From the IMG/VR virus record IMGVR_UViG_3300031957_002643, positions 1 to 64,000 of that record: a stretch of 64,000 nucleotides of DNA; one strand, given 5' to 3'. The first letter of the stretch is position 1. Each line of letters starts with the position of its first letter. A model generated the notes under the pieces. That model ran no database searches. It had not been told where the DNA came from and saw nothing but the letters and a program-made list of their open reading frames with translations. Of this stretch, positions 39,415-48,386 are shown one piece after another. Position numbers and translations under genes: made by a program.

Positions 39415-39812
39415 TTATTGAACGCATTCAGTATTGTGACAAAGATGGGCATGTGTCTCGTTTGGATGGCCCTGCTGCAATTGAATATTCTGGCGGTAAA
39501 AAAGATTCATTTTTTACCGCATGGTATTATTCTGGTCTTTATATTCGTAGACAAGATAATGACTATGCAGAAATGATGCCTGCAAAATTTGTTCAGTATT
39601 TGCATTATCACATGTACAATCATGTCCCCCAAGGGGAAGTTGTCAAAGTATTCACGGACATTATCAAGAAGATTTACAAAGGTGGATACTTGAGTAAGAA
39701 AGACGCAGTTAAATACATTAGAGAATACAAAATTGCAGATGAGACCAATGACTTGCCAAATCCAAGATGGGTTGGACAGGATTTAGGTATTATGGATGAC
39801 GAGATGTACTGA
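39411..39812 (+). CDS. single HRxDGPA-like repeat plus helical domain
   Basis: SRLDGPA; GGYLSKKDA. Confidence 0.65.
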   Translation: MIIERIQYCDKDGHVSRLDGPAAIEYSGGKKDSFFTAWYYSGLYIRRQDNDYAEMMPAKFVQYLHYHMYNHVPQGEVVKVFTDIIKKIYKGGYLSKKDAVKYIREYKIADETNDLPNPRWVGQDLGIMDDEMY

Positions 39813-41476
39813 TGAAGCTGAGACAAATTGTTGAAGATACAGGATTAAAGAACTATCGAGAGGATTACTATAAAGTATCATCCGATGGACCAGATGTTCT
39901 TCATCGCGACGATGGACCGGCACATGCTATCTACAAAAACGGTAAACCAGTTCTTGAGCACTGGTATCAAAATGGATCAACACATCGTGACAGCGACAGT
40001 CCTGCTTGCACGCATATCAATAATGATAAGAAAACAGAAATATGGTACAAAGATAACGTCAAACATAGAGAAGGTGCACCTGCTCAAATTGAAACCAGAT
40101 TGAATGATATTGGTTATGACATTGAGAAATGGTTCTTTATGGGTGTTGCCCATCGTGATACCAAGGATGGACCACAAGAAACATGGAAAAATTCTGTTGG
40201 TACAGTTTACAAGCAAATATGGTTGGATAAAGATAAGGGACATCATCGTGAAGATGGACCATCATTTATCATGTATCAGCCGAATGGACAGGTCGCCAAA
40301 GAAGAATGGAAAATCAATAATAAACTCCATCGTGATTCCGAGGATGGTCCCGCGTATATCGACAATATGAACAATGACATACGGTACTATTGGAAGGGAA
40401 AGATACACAGACTGGATGGACCTGCATGGGTCGTTGATGGATCATCCGAATGGGCCGTTAACGGCGAGACGATTTGTCTGTCCGATGATCTGAATTTGCC
40501 AGAAAAGTATAGAGAAGCATTTGAAACTGCGGTTGCCGAATACAAAAAGAATAATCCTATCACTGAGGCTAAGGTTATTCGAGATGGTCAGATCACATAT
40601 TACGATCATGTTTCCAGACGTGATCTCCAAAGGCTGATTACTGATAATGAAGAGATCAGAAAATATGGTATGCGTGGCGTGTACTCAGATAGTTTATCTG
40701 TAGCGTCATCCTTAAGAGCACATCATGTGAACTTGGTAAATAATACGGGCAATAACGGTTCATTGATTATTATCGGTGCCAATCGAAAACAATTGGACCA
40801 TATGGACCACAACAATAAGTTCATTTTCTTGTTACCAGATTTAGATAACTGGTTGTTGGAATTCGTTGAACCAAGGGTTTATGATCACTATTCGTTGGTT
40901 CGAATGTTGAATGATATGACTAAAATATTTGGCACCATGAAGCTGATCAAGGCGAATAGAAGAATGCCCGGCTTTCAAGTGTTTGATGAGATCGAGGTTG
41001 GACAAGTATTTGCACCATTGACCGAAGCTAAAGTGATCAAGGATGATGCTAGTTTTGGGTATTCTCAAGGCAAGCAGATTTACACCAAGCTTGCTCGCAG
41101 AGATGCAACCATGCTTTTGGAGAAATACAAGAGAGATGGCATTCGCTTCATCATCACAGAAGATGAAATGTATTATGGACCGCCTGCTTTGTTTTACCAT
41201 TATTCAATAGCAAGTCTTGCTGGTTATGACATTTATGAAGATCGAATGGATTGCGCTGTTGTTGCTCGTAGTGCTGCACAAATTTATAGCATGGAGATGA
41301 CATTCAGAAAATCTGATCCAGTCTTGGTGCTTGAGGATCATCCCGGTTGGTTCATCATGTTGAGGGGCCAGCCATTGCTGTATAAATTCCCATTGGAAGC
41401 AACGATTGCACGCTTGCAGCCTGTATGGGGCAAGATAAGTATTCAAGAAGCAGCGTTGTATTTCGATGAGAATTAA
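39812..41476 (+). CDS. HRxDGPA-repeat protein fused to two repeated domains; putative polyprotein (MKLRQIVE)
   Basis: About seven repeats; internal PITEAKVI and PLTEAKVI junctions. Confidence 0.75.
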   Translation: MKLRQIVEDTGLKNYREDYYKVSSDGPDVLHRDDGPAHAIYKNGKPVLEHWYQNGSTHRDSDSPACTHINNDKKTEIWYKDNVKHREGAPAQIETRLNDIGYDIEKWFFMGVAHRDTKDGPQETWKNSVGTVYKQIWLDKDKGHHREDGPSFIMYQPNGQVAKEEWKINNKLHRDSEDGPAYIDNMNNDIRYYWKGKIHRLDGPAWVVDGSSEWAVNGETICLSDDLNLPEKYREAFETAVAEYKKNNPITEAKVIRDGQITYYDHVSRRDLQRLITDNEEIRKYGMRGVYSDSLSVASSLRAHHVNLVNNTGNNGSLIIIGANRKQLDHMDHNNKFIFLLPDLDNWLLEFVEPRVYDHYSLVRMLNDMTKIFGTMKLIKANRRMPGFQVFDEIEVGQVFAPLTEAKVIKDDASFGYSQGKQIYTKLARRDATMLLEKYKRDGIRFIITEDEMYYGPPALFYHYSIASLAGYDIYEDRMDCAVVARSAAQIYSMEMTFRKSDPVLVLEDHPGWFIMLRGQPLLYKFPLEATIARLQPVWGKISIQEAALYFDEN

Positions 41477-41963
41477 AGACCTATTGCCTGAAACTGGAAT
41501 TATGTCGGAGTCAAAAAGACTTCCGGGTAAGAATCCGTTGAACAGCATCTATTATGATATCAGGAAAGCAGAGGTTTCCAGATTATTGGAAATCAACGAA
41601 CATGATGGGCTTCGCGGTTACTATGATCGTGAATATCATGAGATGTTCGTAAGCAGTTCCAGATCACATCACCATGCCGATATTTTTGACATTGCTGGAA
41701 GGCATGGAATGATTCAGTGTCATGATGGTTTTGAATTCTGCATTGCCAAAAGTCTTCTACAGTTGAACCATATGGAATGGGATTTGCCTGAACGTGAGGG
41801 TACAGCTTATATGCTTGCTGATCATCACCCGTGGTTCATTGTAACCCATTTCTCTCATCAAATGAAAACGGCCATGACCAAATTTGAAAAGACGTTTGGC
41901 AAGTTGGTTGAGATTACCCGTGACAATAGAGATCAGGTATTGTTTGAATCTATATGTGAATGA
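41466..41963 (+). CDS. stand-alone paralog of the polyprotein C-terminal domains
   Basis: R......L......G[MIL]R, [VS]SS...HH pattern; MRIKDLLPE N-terminus. Confidence 0.65.
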   Translation: MRIKDLLPETGIMSESKRLPGKNPLNSIYYDIRKAEVSRLLEINEHDGLRGYYDREYHEMFVSSSRSHHHADIFDIAGRHGMIQCHDGFEFCIAKSLLQLNHMEWDLPEREGTAYMLADHHPWFIVTHFSHQMKTAMTKFEKTFGKLVEITRDNRDQVLFESICE

Positions 41964-41983
41964 CTTGTAAACATTAATAAAGT

Positions 41984-42484
41984 GTGGTAAATATATTGAA
42001 GTTGTTGAAATTATTTGAGGGTGATATGGATCATGCTGCGCATATGGCGAAAACTGGTTATTGGGGCAAACAAGGGGCCGGACTGGTATTCTTTTGCACT
42101 CGGACTAAAAGATTTTGCTTATCTTTTCGGTCGTCCTTAGTCGCTGAGCCTCATACGTGGTCCACATGGGGTGGTGCTATGGATGAGGGCGAGGAACCCG
42201 CAGAAACGGCTGTACGGGAGGCTCACGAGGAAACAGGGTTATCTCTGGACATCAAGAAGCTTACCCGTATTCATGTGAACCAGATTCCAAATGTTTTCAC
42301 CTACACGACATTCGTTGCTCTTGTGAATGAAGAGTTCGAACCGCACACTGAAGGCAATTGGGAAGTTGATGGTTATGAGTGGTGCAAGTTTGGTGATTGG
42401 CCAGAGCCTTTACATAAAGGCATGAAACAAACCCTGACCCATCAACCGGCTTTGGACATTCTTGAGGAACTTAGTCGTAGATGA
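41984..42484 (+). CDS. Nudix hydrolase with capsid-targeting-like N-terminus (start uncertain, possibly TTG 41996 or 42002)
   Basis: Nudix box GGAMDEGEEPAETAVREAHEETGL; KLLKLFE; TAAATA at 41988-41993. Confidence 0.88.
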   Translation: MVNILKLLKLFEGDMDHAAHMAKTGYWGKQGAGLVFFCTRTKRFCLSFRSSLVAEPHTWSTWGGAMDEGEEPAETAVREAHEETGLSLDIKKLTRIHVNQIPNVFTYTTFVALVNEEFEPHTEGNWEVDGYEWCKFGDWPEPLHKGMKQTLTHQPALDILEELSRR

Positions 42485-42653
42485 CTTCTACGTTCGTCAT
42501 TGGAAGAATTTCTTCTACGATGATCTGAGCATCTTCCAGTTCCAAAGTGCCTTCTTCGATATGATCCATCCAGTAATCAACGTCTGAAAGCTTTTCATCG
42601 AGAAATTGTTCAATTTCTTCGGTGAGGATTTTCTTAAGTTCTGATAATGACAA
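42471..42653 (-). CDS. hypothetical protein
   Basis: GGGAG RBS; acidic. Confidence 0.55.
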   Translation of the reverse strand: MSLSELKKILTEEIEQFLDEKLSDVDYWMDHIEEGTLELEDAQIIVEEILPMTNVEVIYD

Positions 42654-42685
42654 TTCTTAAACTCCCGATTTAGAATCGAGGTTAT

Positions 42686-43504
42686 TTAGATGTACTTTCG
42701 CATTTTTGAGATAAGGGATGCAAATTCATTACCACCAATGACTCGTTCCATTCTATTGCAAATCTCATGCATCTTTATATTGCCACGAGTACCATGGTGA
42801 ACTTCTGACAAGTATAACTCAATGAAGGCAGTCAAGAATGCGGCTTCGTCATCGTTCACCACGACATTAAAATTATCAGAAAGGAAGTGTCTGAGATATG
42901 AACCAACGCGGTTGCGTCCATTTCTTGTATGCGATCTTACTTGTTGAGTGAAATATTCTTTTTTCAAGTCAAAAGTTTCGTATACCCGATTGTTCATCCA
43001 CTTGCACAAATCACGAGTAGGCTCGATACCATTCGTGCCTGATGTGATCAATTTCACTTCACCACGTGACAACCCGCCTTTTTCAATATATTTCTGGAAG
43101 ATCGAATCTGAATGATCGCCAGTCAGACTCGCGGTCATCATTTTATCTATATTCTTTCTGGCGGTATCAGTAATTTGTTCAGCTAGATTGTCGTCGAGAT
43201 GGAAGAAGGAATGAGTCTTACCATCGGTGCGTCTCACGGGCATTTCGCGTCCCGGTTCCCACCAGCCCGTTTCCTTTTCCTGCGCACTCATGTATCGATC
43301 TTCATCATAACGACCGATTTCAACTGCATCACAGGAATAGCACACATAAGGTGCAACTTGCTGACCCTTGCCATTGAAAAGGGCTTCAGCTTCTTCCTTA
43401 CAATACGGACAGTGAACAACCTTATTTGTTGAAGGTGCATCCGTATCCGTTTCGGCTTCTTGTTGGTCCCAAAACGGATCATCCATGGAAAGTGCATTAT
43501 TCAT
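42686..43504 (-). CDS. hypothetical protein with N-terminal zinc ribbon
   Basis: CPYC...CYSC. Confidence 0.65.
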   Translation of the reverse strand: MNNALSMDDPFWDQQEAETDTDAPSTNKVVHCPYCKEEAEALFNGKGQQVAPYVCYSCDAVEIGRYDEDRYMSAQEKETGWWEPGREMPVRRTDGKTHSFFHLDDNLAEQITDTARKNIDKMMTASLTGDHSDSIFQKYIEKGGLSRGEVKLITSGTNGIEPTRDLCKWMNNRVYETFDLKKEYFTQQVRSHTRNGRNRVGSYLRHFLSDNFNVVVNDDEAAFLTAFIELYLSEVHHGTRGNIKMHEICNRMERVIGGNEFASLISKMRKYI

Positions 43505-44525
43505 AGTTGTCAGCCACACGATTAGCAGTAATCAGGTTTGCTCTACGGTTCTTGAGTTCTGTGATTTTCTCACAGTTCAGATAGGTACAAGCCGAACGGA
43601 TACCGCCAAGGATATCTTGCACGGTATTATGCACACTACCACGGCTTTGTCTAGCCGTGATCTTTCCTTCTACCGTTCGGTAATTTTTGGTCGAATCGTA
43701 ACCATTGGCTTTCTCGGAAGAGTTACCATAGTGGTAGATCGTTCCATCGCCATTACCATAACCCGGTTCAACGCCTTCTTGGTGATAGGCTAACATACCT
43801 CCAAGCATGACCATATCAGCGCCAAGTGCGAATGCCTTAACCAGATCAGAAGGAAGACGGCACCCACCATCGGAAATGATTTTGGGACACTGGTATTGAA
43901 GTGAGAATTCATCGAACTGATCGAGCAGTGTTGCCTGTGGTACACCGATACCAGTCTTGAGACGGGTGGTACAAACTGATCCAGAACCAATCCCAACTTT
44001 AACATAATCAGGCACAAATTTCAATTCGGTCAGCATATGAAGAATGGCCCATGGATTGGCAAGATTTCCATAGATGAACTTCACGTCATAATTGTCCTTG
44101 CACCATTTCATCAGTGCATGTGCAGTCTTCATATTGGTTTCAGTATGACCGTTAGCTACATCGAAACAAACGAGGCGAACATCATGACCGAACATACCCA
44201 TGATAGATTTGAAATTCTGAATGCTTTCAACATCAGCACCAACCGTTGGGATCATGTATTTGTAGTCGGCACCAACTGCTTTTGCCGCATCCCAATGGAT
44301 CGTTTCTTTGGTTTTTTGAATGGCTGTAAAGATGCGATGTTCTTGTAGCGCCTTGGCCATATGGATGTTACCAATGTTCATCATATTGGAGGCAATAATT
44401 GGAACACCATCAACATCAGGATCAATCAGGTCAACTTTTGCCCGAGAATCGATCTTGCTTACGGGCGCTGGCTTGATCAGTACATCTTTGAAATCGTAGC
44501 CACGTTCGGCGCATTGGAGTGTCAT
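43497..44525 (-). CDS. guaC: GMP reductase (IMPDH/GMPR family)
   Basis: DFKDVLIKP, DVANG, KVGIGSGSVCTTR, SDGG, MLGG, GGIRSACTY; no CBS insert. Confidence 0.88.
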   Translation of the reverse strand: MTLQCAERGYDFKDVLIKPAPVSKIDSRAKVDLIDPDVDGVPIIASNMMNIGNIHMAKALQEHRIFTAIQKTKETIHWDAAKAVGADYKYMIPTVGADVESIQNFKSIMGMFGHDVRLVCFDVANGHTETNMKTAHALMKWCKDNYDVKFIYGNLANPWAILHMLTELKFVPDYVKVGIGSGSVCTTRLKTGIGVPQATLLDQFDEFSLQYQCPKIISDGGCRLPSDLVKAFALGADMVMLGGMLAYHQEGVEPGYGNGDGTIYHYGNSSEKANGYDSTKNYRTVEGKITARQSRGSVHNTVQDILGGIRSACTYLNCEKITELKNRRANLITANRVADNYE

Positions 44526-44534
44526 GTTTAATCC

Positions 44535-44798
44535 TTAATTGTCAACGACCGTGAAAACAGGAGTAGTGTGCATCTTGACCATTCCTGTTGTAATCATCGT
44601 ATCGTCATTGTAAACTTCAAAAGTCAAAGGCCACTTGAAATCGTAGCCACTCTGGAAAAAGAAAAAGTTCTTGGCGGCTTCTTCCAGCATCATCTGATGA
44701 CCATCCATGCTTTTGGTGATCGAACCATACATGATCTTTTCGGTCAGGTATACGTCTTCGTCCTTGGCACGGTAATACAATCTAACAGGCGCGCTCAT
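44535..44798 (-). CDS. hypothetical protein
   Basis: WPLTF motif; tiled. Confidence 0.6.
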   Translation of the reverse strand: MSAPVRLYYRAKDEDVYLTEKIMYGSITKSMDGHQMMLEEAAKNFFFFQSGYDFKWPLTFEVYNDDTMITTGMVKMHTTPVFTVVDN

Positions 44799-45445
44799 TA
44801 TTCCCACCACGTTGCTACAATTGGTCTCAACTGATTAATACCAGAATTATCCATAATGTCAAGTTTTCTAAGCCAATATCTCAGATCGGGTGGAACATCG
44901 GGAACGATATGATCGGGGCGCTTCCCGTCACGCGACATCATTGTTCCATCCCAATCAATAGGGCGATCTGTTTCGGTGGATCGAACCTCATTCGCATATG
45001 GATAGAAACCATAGTTGCATTCAACTATTTTGTTCTCTGGTCCATCATTATTCTGTAAATTGAATTCGACATAATCAATGTCGTCATCATGTCTCATCCA
45101 TTTGTGGGCAAAGTCGATTGTTGGCATAAAAAGAACATGTGTCGGATTTTCAAGACAAATCTCATAATACAATTTGGCAAATGAATGTGGTTCGGCGCTG
45201 TTGATTCGGTCGAACGGTTTGAAGAAGAATTGAAGTGGCCGATACCCGAGGTCCATCAACTCTTTTATTATTTTTGGATCATGTGGACCGCTAAGAAGTT
45301 CTTGAGTTTCCTGATTGTCCACCAATGTATCGTATAGCCATTCCATCTTTTCGTGATGATTATCACTAGTTACTGGGTTGAAATGGTCATTGAATTGTGC
45401 AATGGGCATTCCATAGCCCATTGCTTTATTAATTCTTATACCCAA
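44798..45445 (-). CDS. hypothetical protein
   Basis: TTG start after AGGAG (MGIRINKAMGYG); WMRHDDDIDY. Confidence 0.65.
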   Translation of the reverse strand: MGIRINKAMGYGMPIAQFNDHFNPVTSDNHHEKMEWLYDTLVDNQETQELLSGPHDPKIIKELMDLGYRPLQFFFKPFDRINSAEPHSFAKLYYEICLENPTHVLFMPTIDFAHKWMRHDDDIDYVEFNLQNNDGPENKIVECNYGFYPYANEVRSTETDRPIDWDGTMMSRDGKRPDHIVPDVPPDLRYWLRKLDIMDNSGINQLRPIVATWWE

Positions 45446-45446
45446 A

Positions 45447-45629
45447 TTATTCTCCTGCGAGCTTATCCTGAATCGATGATAGGATAAGAGCAGGGTCTTC
45501 TTCATTTTCGAGCATGTGCATGGTCGAAGAAATGATACCCATAAGCACTTCGTTGCGCTCATTGGCTTCCTTCAATTGGCGCTCTCGCGCTTCCAGATAG
45601 GTTGATGGTTCAACGGCTAGTCTTGGCAT
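45447..45629 (-). CDS. hypothetical protein
   Basis: GGAG RBS. Confidence 0.55.
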   Translation of the reverse strand: MPRLAVEPSTYLEARERQLKEANERNEVLMGIISSTMHMLENEEDPALILSSIQDKLAGE

Positions 45630-45681
45630 CGGGAATCTCCACTATTTCTTCAACCATTATATGATATTTTCGACCATCGGT

Positions 45682-45864
45682 TTAATCGTCTTGATTGTTT
45701 TCAATTTCGTGATCATGGGCCATCAGCCATCCATCACAAAACGCATTCACCAAATGATCATCTTCGAACGGACAAGCGTCTGAAACAGAGAGACCAGCTT
45801 CATACATATCGTATCCGGTCTGTTGTGCATCCAGAACAGATGTTTGATCATCAAAATCAGCCAT
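45682..45864 (-). CDS. small acidic hypothetical protein
   Basis: GY...AG....CPF....FCDGW (Rmf-like pattern, weak). Confidence 0.55.
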   Translation of the reverse strand: MADFDDQTSVLDAQQTGYDMYEAGLSVSDACPFEDDHLVNAFCDGWLMAHDHEIENNQDD

Positions 45865-46300
45865 CTTGATTCTCCTCGTCCAGCGCGTTCAGATCGACCA
45901 CGCCATAGGTTTCAGGATATTCCACGAACAGTTTGTTGTGAAGCCAGTCATTGGTGATGGGTGCGTTTTCGGGGAGCTTACTCAACCCGGTGCCCAGACC
46001 GTCAGACGGAATGACCACAATAGAACCGGCTTTCAGATGTTTCTCGACCGGCTGAAGATCGATTTCCAGATATACGATGAATTTTTCATGATCGTGTTCA
46101 TCCGTTTCGATCCACATGTCTTGCGGATTCATCCCCGGCGAGAACTTCGTTGCGACACCCAGCGCATTGGGTTCACCGCGCATGCTCTTGGCTTGGCCAC
46201 CCATCCCGATACGGAGCAGGTTGTCACCGAATAGGTAAACGCGATCTTGATTTTGTTTCAGGTCGGATCGTTCAATCCAGTTTTGATATGCAACAGGCAT
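45857..46300 (-). CDS. conserved phage protein (FGDN...GxGGQA...PNA.G..TK family)
   Basis: Gly-rich motifs FGDN, GGQA, DGLGTG suggest a nucleotide-binding fold. Confidence 0.7.
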   Translation of the reverse strand: MPVAYQNWIERSDLKQNQDRVYLFGDNLLRIGMGGQAKSMRGEPNALGVATKFSPGMNPQDMWIETDEHDHEKFIVYLEIDLQPVEKHLKAGSIVVIPSDGLGTGLSKLPENAPITNDWLHNKLFVEYPETYGVVDLNALDEENQDG

Positions 46301-46321
46301 AGTAATCTCCCTATTATGACT

Positions 46322-46350
46322 AGTATATCAGGAAGATTTGGATTTGTCAA
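46322..46350 (-). promoter_or_regulatory. sigma70-type early promoter
   Basis: TTGACA-N17-TATACT. Confidence 0.8.
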
Positions 46351-46534
46351 ATGCTCTATACAGTTCCAATAATTTTCTTGGTGTTAATGAAAATGTAGTT
46401 TCAAGGTCATGTTCTGTGGAAACTTTAAATGATGCCAAGTCGTCAGCATGTTTGATATAATATTCAGTCAGCTCTTGAACGACTTCGATATCACTCATTT
46501 CTGAAATTCTGGGAATCACACAGTCACCAGCCAT
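46328..46534 (-). CDS. hypothetical protein
   Basis: AAGGA RBS. Confidence 0.5.
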   Translation of the reverse strand: MAGDCVIPRISEMSDIEVVQELTEYYIKHADDLASFKVSTEHDLETTFSLTPRKLLELYRAFDKSKSS

Positions 46535-46593
46535 AGCCTTTGTCCTTATGTTTATTGGTATTGAAAGTATTAAACCTTAACAGGAGCGAGGCG

Positions 46594-46974
46594 TCAAGAC
46601 GTTTTGTCTTGTTTTGCCGCTTCAACCTGTTCTTTCATAAGGGAAAGTACTGCTTTGTAGGTTTCGTTGATGGAATCATCAACCAAGAAGGGATATTGTT
46701 TTTCATTCATCCCGTAAGCGGAGAAGATAGATATCAACAAGAACACGCTTGCTGGATGCTGGTGATCATAATCGATGGAGTTTAATGCATCGATGAAGTG
46801 AGATGGAATTTGTGTCAAAGCATGCTTCACGACCTCTTCGAGCGTGTAGTAGGTCTTCATGTTTTGTCTAAACCAACGTCTTAATGCAATACTTTGATCG
46901 GCTTCATCGGGTGGAATGAAATAAAAGTAGTGTTCATCCGTTGGAATATCATTGGTATCGACTTCTTTTCCCAT
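46594..46974 (-). CDS. hypothetical protein
   Basis: Start adjusted. Confidence 0.6.
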   Translation of the reverse strand: MGKEVDTNDIPTDEHYFYFIPPDEADQSIALRRWFRQNMKTYYTLEEVVKHALTQIPSHFIDALNSIDYDHQHPASVFLLISIFSAYGMNEKQYPFLVDDSINETYKAVLSLMKEQVEAAKQDKTS

Positions 46975-46978
46975 AACT

Positions 46979-47620
46979 TTACTTATAGAGATCGAGTTCC
47001 TTAGTAAGATTATCAATGGCCACAACATCACGTGTTTGATAGAACATATTTGTTCTAAAGATACGGTCTTGTTTGATCAAGCCAAGGACAAATGCTTTTC
47101 TTCCAGTATTGAACTGTTCTTCAGTAAAGGATGGAACATATTCATCCTTTACTTGTTGGACATATTCCAGATAGGCAGTATGTTCCAGTGCAAGCACCAT
47201 CATATCGAGATCATGGAAGAAATTGATCAGAAATTCGTTCTGATTTTTCGGGTCCATGTACAGGATCATTCTGGAAATGTTTTTAGAAATCGACTTCCAG
47301 TCGGAACCAAAGATTTTCCGATTCTTGCTGATCCATTTGTGTGCATAACGCGCACTGACTTCTTCGTTGTCGCTGCGTTTTACATGATAAATGATATCAT
47401 GGAAGATAATTGCTCCACAAAGCAATTGCCATTCTGATGCGTCGAACAGGTCTTTGTAATCACACGCAAGTAGGTAAAGAGACTTGATGTGATCAAGATT
47501 ATGGTAATGACGGCTGTCCTCACCATATCGCTCCATCACATCAAGCATGAATTCCGCATAATCAGAATTAGACCCGGTGAAATCTGTAATCAGATTATCA
47601 AGAACTGAATCGTTTTTCAT
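46979..47620 (-). CDS. HD-superfamily metal-dependent phosphohydrolase
   Basis: RHYHNLDH, FHDIIY, DNEEVSA, DLD. Confidence 0.85.
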   Translation of the reverse strand: MKNDSVLDNLITDFTGSNSDYAEFMLDVMERYGEDSRHYHNLDHIKSLYLLACDYKDLFDASEWQLLCGAIIFHDIIYHVKRSDNEEVSARYAHKWISKNRKIFGSDWKSISKNISRMILYMDPKNQNEFLINFFHDLDMMVLALEHTAYLEYVQQVKDEYVPSFTEEQFNTGRKAFVLGLIKQDRIFRTNMFYQTRDVVAIDNLTKELDLYK

Positions 47621-48386
47621 ATTCTTTGACCTTCTTATCCAAAGATATAAGAAATTTCTTTTTCGCAGCTTCAATTTTTTCGCCCCACATATCTTTGAGT
47701 TCTTGGATGGTCCAAGTCGTTTCCTTGCGGCTGTTTGAAACGATACTCAGTACGAACGAATCGGTCGAAGGGATGGAGGCGAAACAGCCATCAGGCAAGT
47801 CTTCAAGCATGACGGAAACCAGATCATAGGTACCATCACCGTTGACACGGTAACCGAAAGTTGGTTCCGGTCGGACATTCTGTTCAAGAAGCGTGCTCAT
47901 TTCCATGTCCCAAAACGCAATATTGAATTTCAGCGTTGGGAAATGTTTTACGATCAGATCAAGATCACTGTTGAATTCATCACAATCTGGCCATTTGCCG
48001 GAATTTTGAAATTGCATGATCGTGCCGTCAGGATGAACCCAACCATGAGGACCACTAATGTATGATGATGCAACCCAATGATTATTCAAATGGTTCAACT
48101 CATTGATATGCTCAAACGATTCCAACCAATCGTTGTGCGCATCCCAAAGTGCCGATCTGACTGCTTGGGATTGATCATCATCATCCGAACTGCGCCCCCA
48201 TAACAGTTGGGTCAATTTTTCATTGAACGAGTGATCATTGCACACATAAATGGGATACGAAAGCGCATAGTCCGTTCTGCGAATGATTTCCATCGCTTCC
48301 ACAGGATCAATCGAGTCGCCCCAAATTAGCGTAGCTGGCCATTTTGAGGCGAAACCGATGCTACCAGTTTGTTCAATTTTTTCCAT
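47598..48386 (-). CDS. conserved phage hypothetical protein
   Basis: EIIRRTD, SSYISGPHGWVHPDG, GKWP. Confidence 0.7.
   Translation of the reverse strand: MEKIEQTGSIGFASKWPATLIWGDSIDPVEAMEIIRRTDYALSYPIYVCNDHSFNEKLTQLLWGRSSDDDDQSQAVRSALWDAHNDWLESFEHINELNHLNNHWVASSYISGPHGWVHPDGTIMQFQNSGKWPDCDEFNSDLDLIVKHFPTLKFNIAFWDMEMSTLLEQNVRPEPTFGYRVNGDGTYDLVSVMLEDLPDGCFASIPSTDSFVLSIVSNSRKETTWTIQELKDMWGEKIEAAKKKFLISLDKKVKEYEKRFSS

Noticed and set aside
45656-45684. TATAAT upstream of the gene at 45629 as a sigma70 promoter
   Set aside because: No credible -35 element at 17-nt spacing; left uncalled.
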